Below are positions 58,810 through 64,000 of a stretch of 64,000 nt of DNA, one piece after another. The notes beneath the pieces were generated by a model, which was not told the origin of the DNA, did no database searches, and saw nothing but the letters and a program-made list of their open reading frames with translations. The DNA is taken from positions 448,001 through 512,000 of the forward strand of contig CAWFFN010000008.1 in the NCBI GenBank assembly GCA_963815115.1. Reading direction: 5' to 3'. The DNA comes from an uncultured delta proteobacterium. GTDB taxonomy: Bacteria; Desulfobacterota; Binatia; DP-6. The position numbers and the translations under genes were made by a program. Within the stretch, counting starts at the first letter, position 1; each line of letters begins with the position of its first letter.

Positions 58810-61800
58810 GTGGTGCACCGCTGCTCGCCGGTTCCCGCTCGTCCCCCGCTCCTGGCCGCCCTCCTCTGCGCAGTCCTCGCCGCGCCCGCCGGCGCCGCGT
58901 CCAAGGCGACCGTCGCCTACCTGGGGCAGGCCGTCCCGGGCGGTGGGGTCTTTGCCGGCCCGAGCTTCGTCGGTGAGCCGTCGGCGGCCGGCAACGGCTG
59001 GATCGCCTTCCGCGCCCAGGTGGTGGGCAGCACCACCGAGCAGGTCGTGGTCGCCAACCTGGCGACCCATGAGCGCAACGTGGTGGCGAGCGTCGGCGGC
59101 ATCGTCAGCAAGGACATCGGCAAGGTGAAGCAGCTCCTCGGCCGGCCGACGGTCAACGCACGCGGTGATGTCGCGTTCGCCGCCGTCATCACGCCGCCCG
59201 ACGATGTGAAGATCGACCCGACGGCGCCCACGCCGGCGGGAATCTTCCTCTACAGCAAGGGCACCCTCACGGCCGTCGCGGCCTCCGGGCTCGACATTCC
59301 GGGCCTCGGCGTCCTCGACATCACGACGCAGATCAACTTCAACGCCGATCTGAGCTCCATCGACATCGCCGAGCGCACGCCGGCCCTGAACGACAACGGC
59401 GACGTCGCCTTCGTCTCCGCCACGCAGACGAGCACCAGCTCCGGCGGCGCCGTGTTCGTGCGCCGGGCGGGACAGTCCATGATCACGCCGGTCATCAAGC
59501 TTGGTGATGCCTACGGCGCGGGAACCTTCCAGGTGCTCGGGCCGCCGGCCCTGAACAACTCCGGCACGCTCGCGTTCCACGGGTTCGTCGATGGGGGAGA
59601 GACCCTCGATGGGATCTTCGAGCTCCAGGGTGGAGCGCTGTCTCTTCTGATCCGGGACGGCGCATTGCCCGATCAGTTCCCGGCAACGTTCAGGGCCGAT
59701 CCGCTCGCGGAGTTCGACGATGTGGTCGCGCTCAACGACGCCGGCGACGTCGCCTTCACCGCCGGCCCGCTGTTCGACAACTCGATCGACTCGAGCTTCA
59801 GCGACACGGGCAGCTCGGGGGTCATCGTGATCCACGCCGGCGCGCCTCTCCTGGTCGGATTCCCGGGCGAGCCCGTCGGCGGTCCCGCGGCGGCCATCGC
59901 CAAGATCGCGGCCCTGAACCTGGGACCGGACCAGGGCTCGCGCGTTGCGCCGCCGAGCTTGATGCCGGACGGCAAGGTCGTCTTCTTCGCGCAGATCAAC
60001 GGCGGCAGCGCCCAGATGATCCTGCGCGCCGACCCCGTGACACAGACCCTCACACCGCTGGTCACCTTGGGGGGCACCGCGCCGAGCACGACACCGGCTG
60101 GCGGCACGTACGAGGCCGCGACCTCCGCACCTGCGGTCGACGCCGCGGGCGCCATCACCTTCAGTGCGCGTATCGACGGTGCGACGACCAGCGAAGCCCT
60201 GATCTGGGATCCGCCCGGCGGCGCCGCCCAGGCCATCCTGATCGGCGACGCGGTTCCAGAGCCCTCCAGCGGCTTCTTCGGCGGCCCGCCGTTCTTCCCA
60301 CCCAAGCTGAACGACGCCGGAGACGTGGTCTTCAAGAGCTACGTGGCGAAGGGCCCGGGGCTGGGCATCTTCCGCTACCGGCAGGGCGCGCTGCAGGCGC
60401 TGGTGCGGATCCAGGACGCCGCCCCGCTGCCGCCGGCAGAAGGTGCGGCACTCCCGCCGCGCTTCACGAACCTGGTGGGCGATCCGAGCCTCAACGCCCA
60501 CGGTGACATCGCGTTCGCCGCGACCGTCGAGGGAAAGGGCCGCGGAGTCTTCGCCACCACCGACGGCACGGTGCGTGCCATCGCCATGCCGCTCGACAGT
60601 CTGCTGCCGGAAGATCCGGCGCGCCCCGCGGCCTTCTTCCGCACGATCGCAGCCAACCCGGCGCTCGCGGACTCGGGCGCCGTCGCGTTCCGCGGCACCA
60701 TCCAGTACTGCAACCCGATCGATTGTACCGACGCTTCTCTCGACATCAGGGAGAGTGACGTGTTTCTGGCCGACCGGTCCGGCATCCACGTCATCGCTGC
60801 GCAGGGTCGCGATTCCGGCGTCGGCGGCCAGCCGTTCTTCGCCTTCCACGATCCCTCGATCATGGGCGACCAGATCGCCTTCCGCGCCAGCGTGGGACGG
60901 TTCCAGCCCAGCCGGAATGGCCTCTTCCTGGTCGACCCCATCGGCGTGCGGCCAGTCGCCGCGGAGCAGCAGGATCTGGGTGGCATGACCGTCAGCAGCC
61001 TCTCCGGCCAGCCGGACTTCGACGGAGCCGGCGACGTGTTCTTCTCGGCCAAGGTCATGCTCCCGGACACGACCAGCCGCGGCGTGATCCTTCGCCTCGC
61101 GCCAGGTGGCTTCCAGACGATCGCGCAGACCGGTATCCCCGGTCCGGAAGGCGGCCGGCTCCGCAGCCTCGCCCGACTGAGCACGAGCAGCAACGGGCAC
61201 GTCGCCTTCCGCGCCAACTTCGAGGCCCTCAGCGGCGGCATCTCCGCCCTCCTCCTCGCCGGCGATTCGAAGCTGCGCTCCTTTCTCCGCATCGGGGAAG
61301 GCGGTGGCCCCGACGTCGATGGGCGAATCACGAGCTTCAACCAGAACGTGTCGCTGAACGCGTCCGATCAGGTCGCCCTGCTCGCCACCGTCGGGGGGGC
61401 CAAGGAGGACCGGCAGAGCGCGATCTTCCTCGCCGCACCGTCGTCGCTCACGGTGCACAACCTCACCATCAAGCGTGGCAAGGGCAGCCTCTCCGACATC
61501 CTGAGCGGAAAGCCGCGGGACGGGGTCCGGTTCTCGGCCGTGCTCCGGCCGGGCAATCTGCCGAAGTCGACGGATACGAAGAAGAGCAAGTTCGGCCGGC
61601 AGCTGGTCGCCGTGGCGGTCGCCGACACCAAGGGCACCCTCTGGTCGGCCGTGCTCCCCCCGAAGCAGGTCGCGCTGCGCGGTCAGACGCTGGTCGTCAA
61701 GGGCGAGGGTCGCAAGCGCGTCCGCGCGCTGCGGGTTCGCCTCGGGAAGGACGGCACGATCCGCCTCGCCGTACGCTCGGTTCCCATCGATCTGGCCTCT

Positions 61801-61944
61801 ACCGCCGGCGGGCTGCATCGCACCGACAGCAACGGATCGATCATCCTCGAGCCGCCGCTGAGCGTGCGCGTCGACGTCGGCGGGACCGGCGGATCGGCGG
61901 TGCCCTGCGTTCTCCAGGGGCAACGCTACGTCTGCGGCGGCTGA
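58810..61944 (+). CDS. Large secreted NxxGxxAF tandem-repeat protein with basic C-terminal domain
   Basis: Signal peptide; more than 10 repeats of P-x-L/V-N-x-x-G-x-V/I-AF. Confidence 0.85.
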   Translation: MVHRCSPVPARPPLLAALLCAVLAAPAGAASKATVAYLGQAVPGGGVFAGPSFVGEPSAAGNGWIAFRAQVVGSTTEQVVVANLATHERNVVASVGGIVSKDIGKVKQLLGRPTVNARGDVAFAAVITPPDDVKIDPTAPTPAGIFLYSKGTLTAVAASGLDIPGLGVLDITTQINFNADLSSIDIAERTPALNDNGDVAFVSATQTSTSSGGAVFVRRAGQSMITPVIKLGDAYGAGTFQVLGPPALNNSGTLAFHGFVDGGETLDGIFELQGGALSLLIRDGALPDQFPATFRADPLAEFDDVVALNDAGDVAFTAGPLFDNSIDSSFSDTGSSGVIVIHAGAPLLVGFPGEPVGGPAAAIAKIAALNLGPDQGSRVAPPSLMPDGKVVFFAQINGGSAQMILRADPVTQTLTPLVTLGGTAPSTTPAGGTYEAATSAPAVDAAGAITFSARIDGATTSEALIWDPPGGAAQAILIGDAVPEPSSGFFGGPPFFPPKLNDAGDVVFKSYVAKGPGLGIFRYRQGALQALVRIQDAAPLPPAEGAALPPRFTNLVGDPSLNAHGDIAFAATVEGKGRGVFATTDGTVRAIAMPLDSLLPEDPARPAAFFRTIAANPALADSGAVAFRGTIQYCNPIDCTDASLDIRESDVFLADRSGIHVIAAQGRDSGVGGQPFFAFHDPSIMGDQIAFRASVGRFQPSRNGLFLVDPIGVRPVAAEQQDLGGMTVSSLSGQPDFDGAGDVFFSAKVMLPDTTSRGVILRLAPGGFQTIAQTGIPGPEGGRLRSLARLSTSSNGHVAFRANFEALSGGISALLLAGDSKLRSFLRIGEGGGPDVDGRITSFNQNVSLNASDQVALLATVGGAKEDRQSAIFLAAPSSLTVHNLTIKRGKGSLSDILSGKPRDGVRFSAVLRPGNLPKSTDTKKSKFGRQLVAVAVADTKGTLWSAVLPPKQVALRGQTLVVKGEGRKRVRALRVRLGKDGTIRLAVRSVPIDLASTAGGLHRTDSNGSIILEPPLSVRVDVGGTGGSAVPCVLQGQRYVCGG

Positions 61945-61977
61945 ACGCCGCCGCGGCGTCCAGCCGGGAAGACGCGC

Positions 61978-62757
61978 TCAGACCGCGATCGCGGCGGGCC
62001 GCTTGAACGCCGTCCAGCCGCGGTCGCAGGACAGCACGGCGCCGGTCAGACTCGAGGCCTCGTCGGAGGCCAGGAACACCACCAGAGCGGCGATCTCCTC
62101 CGGGGACTGCAACCCGGTGGCGTGATCGCGGGCGAAGGCGTCGCGGAACACGTCGCTGCCGAAGATGAGCGCGTTCATCGGCGTGTCCACGTAGCCGGGG
62201 CAGATGGCGTTCACGCGGATGCCGAGCGCCCCGCAGCCCGGCGCGAGCGAGCGCGTGAGGCCGGCAACGCCCGCCTTGGAGGCCGCGTAGGCGTCCATCA
62301 TGCCCAGCGGCAGCACGGCCATGGAAGAGGCGGTGTTGATGATCGCCGCACCGGGCCGCCCGGCCAGTACCGGGATGGCATACTTGCAGCACAGGAAGAC
62401 GCTGGTGAGATTCACGCGAAGCACCCACTCCCAGTCGTCCTCGGCGATCTGCGGCGTGAACCCATCGCGGCCCACGGGCGCGATGCCGGCGTTGTTGTAG
62501 AGAACGTCGAGGCCGCCGAGCCGGGCCACCGTCTCCTCGATCAGGCGCTTCGCCTGTCCGCGGTCGCCGGCGTCGGCGGGGATGCCGACGCCTTCACCCC
62601 CCGTTGCACGGATGGCTGCCACGGTGGCCTCCGTGGAGGCCGGGTCGAGGTCGCTCACCACCACGCGGGCGCCCTCGTGGGCCAGGGCCAGGGCTCCGGC
62701 GCGGCCGAGGCCGGAGCCAGCGCCCGTGACGAGAACGATGCGGTTCTGGAGGCGCAT
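61978..62757 (-). CDS. SDR oxidoreductase
   Basis: TGAGSGLG; NNAG; YAASK; NAICPG. Confidence 0.93.
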   Translation of the reverse strand: MRLQNRIVLVTGAGSGLGRAGALALAHEGARVVVSDLDPASTEATVAAIRATGGEGVGIPADAGDRGQAKRLIEETVARLGGLDVLYNNAGIAPVGRDGFTPQIAEDDWEWVLRVNLTSVFLCCKYAIPVLAGRPGAAIINTASSMAVLPLGMMDAYAASKAGVAGLTRSLAPGCGALGIRVNAICPGYVDTPMNALIFGSDVFRDAFARDHATGLQSPEEIAALVVFLASDEASSLTGAVLSCDRGWTAFKRPAAIAV

Positions 62758-62799
62758 GCGGCGGCTATAGCACAGGTATCGACCTGGAGGCGGCCTCCG

Positions 62800-63110
62800 C
62801 CGCCGGAGCGCGTGATGAGGTGCTCGAGCAGGGGAGTCAGATCGCTCTGATCGAGGGCGGACTCCAGTTGCCGCACCGTGCCTCGGAGCTGCGCCAGGTC
62901 GAGATCGTCCCGATGCGCCGTGAGGATCGCCAGGCGTCGAACGCCGCGAGCAGCTCAGCGACCGGGGAAGCCACGCGCGGCCCGCTCGAGCTTCCCGTTC
63001 AGCTCGAGGTGGTGGGCGAGGTCGTCGGCTCGCTCGCGAGGACTCGGCCAGTCGGGCCGCGCGCGGGTCACCCGCCAGCGCGCATCCAGAAACGACGAAG
63101 CGCCGGAGAG
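62800..63110 (-). pseudogene. Collapsed remnant of a two-gene nucleotidyltransferase (MNT-like) toxin-antitoxin-type cassette
   Basis: Fragment RARPDWPSPRERADDLAHHLEL* overlaps GTG 62974 (VASPVAELLAAF), which jumps out of frame to LAILTAHRDDLDLAQLRGTVRQLESALDQSDLTPLLE. Family assignment is from recalled similarity only. Confidence 0.4.
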
Positions 63111-63180
63111 CGGGCCCGTTGGACCCGCCCTCCGGCGCTCGGTGACTATCCGGGGGAGCTCTCCGCTCCGCGAGGGGAAG

Positions 63181-63681
63181 CTAGTTTCCGCAGGCCGATC
63201 CGGGCGCGCAGCTGGCGCACTGCTGGACGCAGTCGCTGTAGTTGAAGTTGCACTGGTCGAGCGCCGGCTGCACGTTCGCGGAGCACGTCGTCTGGCAGGT
63301 CAGACGGTCGATACGCTTCTGCGTCGCGCAGCCGAGCGGATCGGGATTGTCGTTGCAGGCAGTGACGGCCGCCTTGAAGGCGTCGTTGCAGGCCGCGTTG
63401 CAGTTGGAGCGGTCGCTCTGGGGATTGGTCACGCAACCGGTCAGAGCGCTCTGACAGGCGTTGGCGCATGCCTGACCCGGGCCGAAGCAGGCGGCGCGGT
63501 CGGCGGCGTACTGATCCAGCCGGTCGGTTCGCAGCTTCTTGAGATCCGTGGTGAGCGACTTGCGGGCGTTGTTCAGGCACTGCTTCGTCACGGACGTGAA
63601 GGCGTTCGCCTTCGGTACCTGAAGTGCGAAGCTCGAGAGCGCAACGAAGGCGGCGGCGGCTACGGCGAAGCGTCGGGTCAT
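63181..63681 (-). CDS. Secreted 16-Cys helical protein
   Basis: Signal peptide ending ANA; GGGAGG SD; CX3C, CX6C and CX10C spacings. Confidence 0.85.
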   Translation of the reverse strand: MTRRFAVAAAAFVALSSFALQVPKANAFTSVTKQCLNNARKSLTTDLKKLRTDRLDQYAADRAACFGPGQACANACQSALTGCVTNPQSDRSNCNAACNDAFKAAVTACNDNPDPLGCATQKRIDRLTCQTTCSANVQPALDQCNFNYSDCVQQCASCAPGSACGN

Positions 63682-63768
63682 TCTGTTCGTCCTCCCTGGT
63701 CCGAGTACAGTCCCTGGACGGGGACTGTGGTCCCCCCCTGGATGGCCGGTCTATCGGCCAGCGAATAA

Positions 63769-63785
63769 AGCACGACTGGTGCCAG
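63769..63785 (-). promoter_or_regulatory. Putative sigma-54 promoter
   Basis: Minus strand CTGGCAC-CAGTC-GTGCT (GG-N10-GC) upstream of the 16-Cys gene. Confidence 0.55.
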
Positions 63786-63917
63786 AAACACCAGCAAAAT
63801 CCTGGGCGATTTGGCTACCCCCGGGAGACCATCCACTGCATCTCCGCAGAATCGTGCAGCTTCGCATCGGCCCCTCGGTCCGAAGGGAGGGGCTTAATAC
63901 CTTCGGACGACCCGCTC

Positions 63918-64000
63918 TCAGAGCCAGCCGGCTCGTTTGAACTGGCGGTGGAGCATCCACATCAACCCGCCCATCACGCCCAGGGCGATCGGATAGGCGA
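63918..64000 (-). CDS. corA: 3' end of a CorA-family Mg/Co transporter (partial)
   Basis: AYPIALGVMGGLMWMLHRQFKRAGWL* is typical of the last TM helix and KxxGWL terminus of CorA. Confidence 0.7.
   Translation of the reverse strand, partial: AYPIALGVMGGLMWMLHRQFKRAGWL

Noticed and set aside
63751-63758. GCCGATAG as a sigma-28 -10 element for the 16-Cys gene
   Set aside because: No TAAA/TCAAG at the required spacing; the sigma-54 reading fits better.

Overview
High-GC (roughly 70% by eye) bacterial chromosomal segment with about 57 protein-coding genes. No rRNA, tRNA, CRISPR array, transposase or prophage gene was recognised. Gene content (F420-dependent LLM enzymes, paired acyl-CoA dehydrogenases, Ltp/DUF35, many signal-peptide proteins with Cys/Lys-rich modules and poly-Thr linkers) suggests Candidatus Binatia/Binatota or a related deltaproteobacterial lineage; this is inference. 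Layout: (i) 0.1-12.3 kb, secreted/surface proteins including a beta-helix-cytochrome c fusion, a pentaheme cytochrome c and a lipase-like hydrolase; (ii) 12-27 kb, lipid, redox and sulfur-transfer genes plus two more secreted proteins; (iii) 27-48 kb, mostly housekeeping (fliA-like, queG, DHH, tldD-pmbA, bioB, nadA-nrtR, tatA, radical SAM-rng, thiO, def); (iv) 47.6-56.3 kb, a Pho locus (porin, pstSCAB-phoU, phoBR) with readable Pho boxes; (v) 56-64 kb, a GATase/amidohydrolase-like pair, an NxxGxxAF repeat protein, a collapsed toxin-antitoxin-like remnant, a 16-Cys secreted protein and the 3' end of corA. Most notable: an orphan sigma-28 gene hiding a sigma-28-type promoter and a mini-FlgM-like ORF in its own 3' end, a modular Cys/Lys-rich secreted protein family carrying redox and hydrolytic cargo, a REPIN/MITE-like palindromic element family, and a 54-aa polyacidic peptide behind bioB. 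All calls come from motif reading; no database searches were run.
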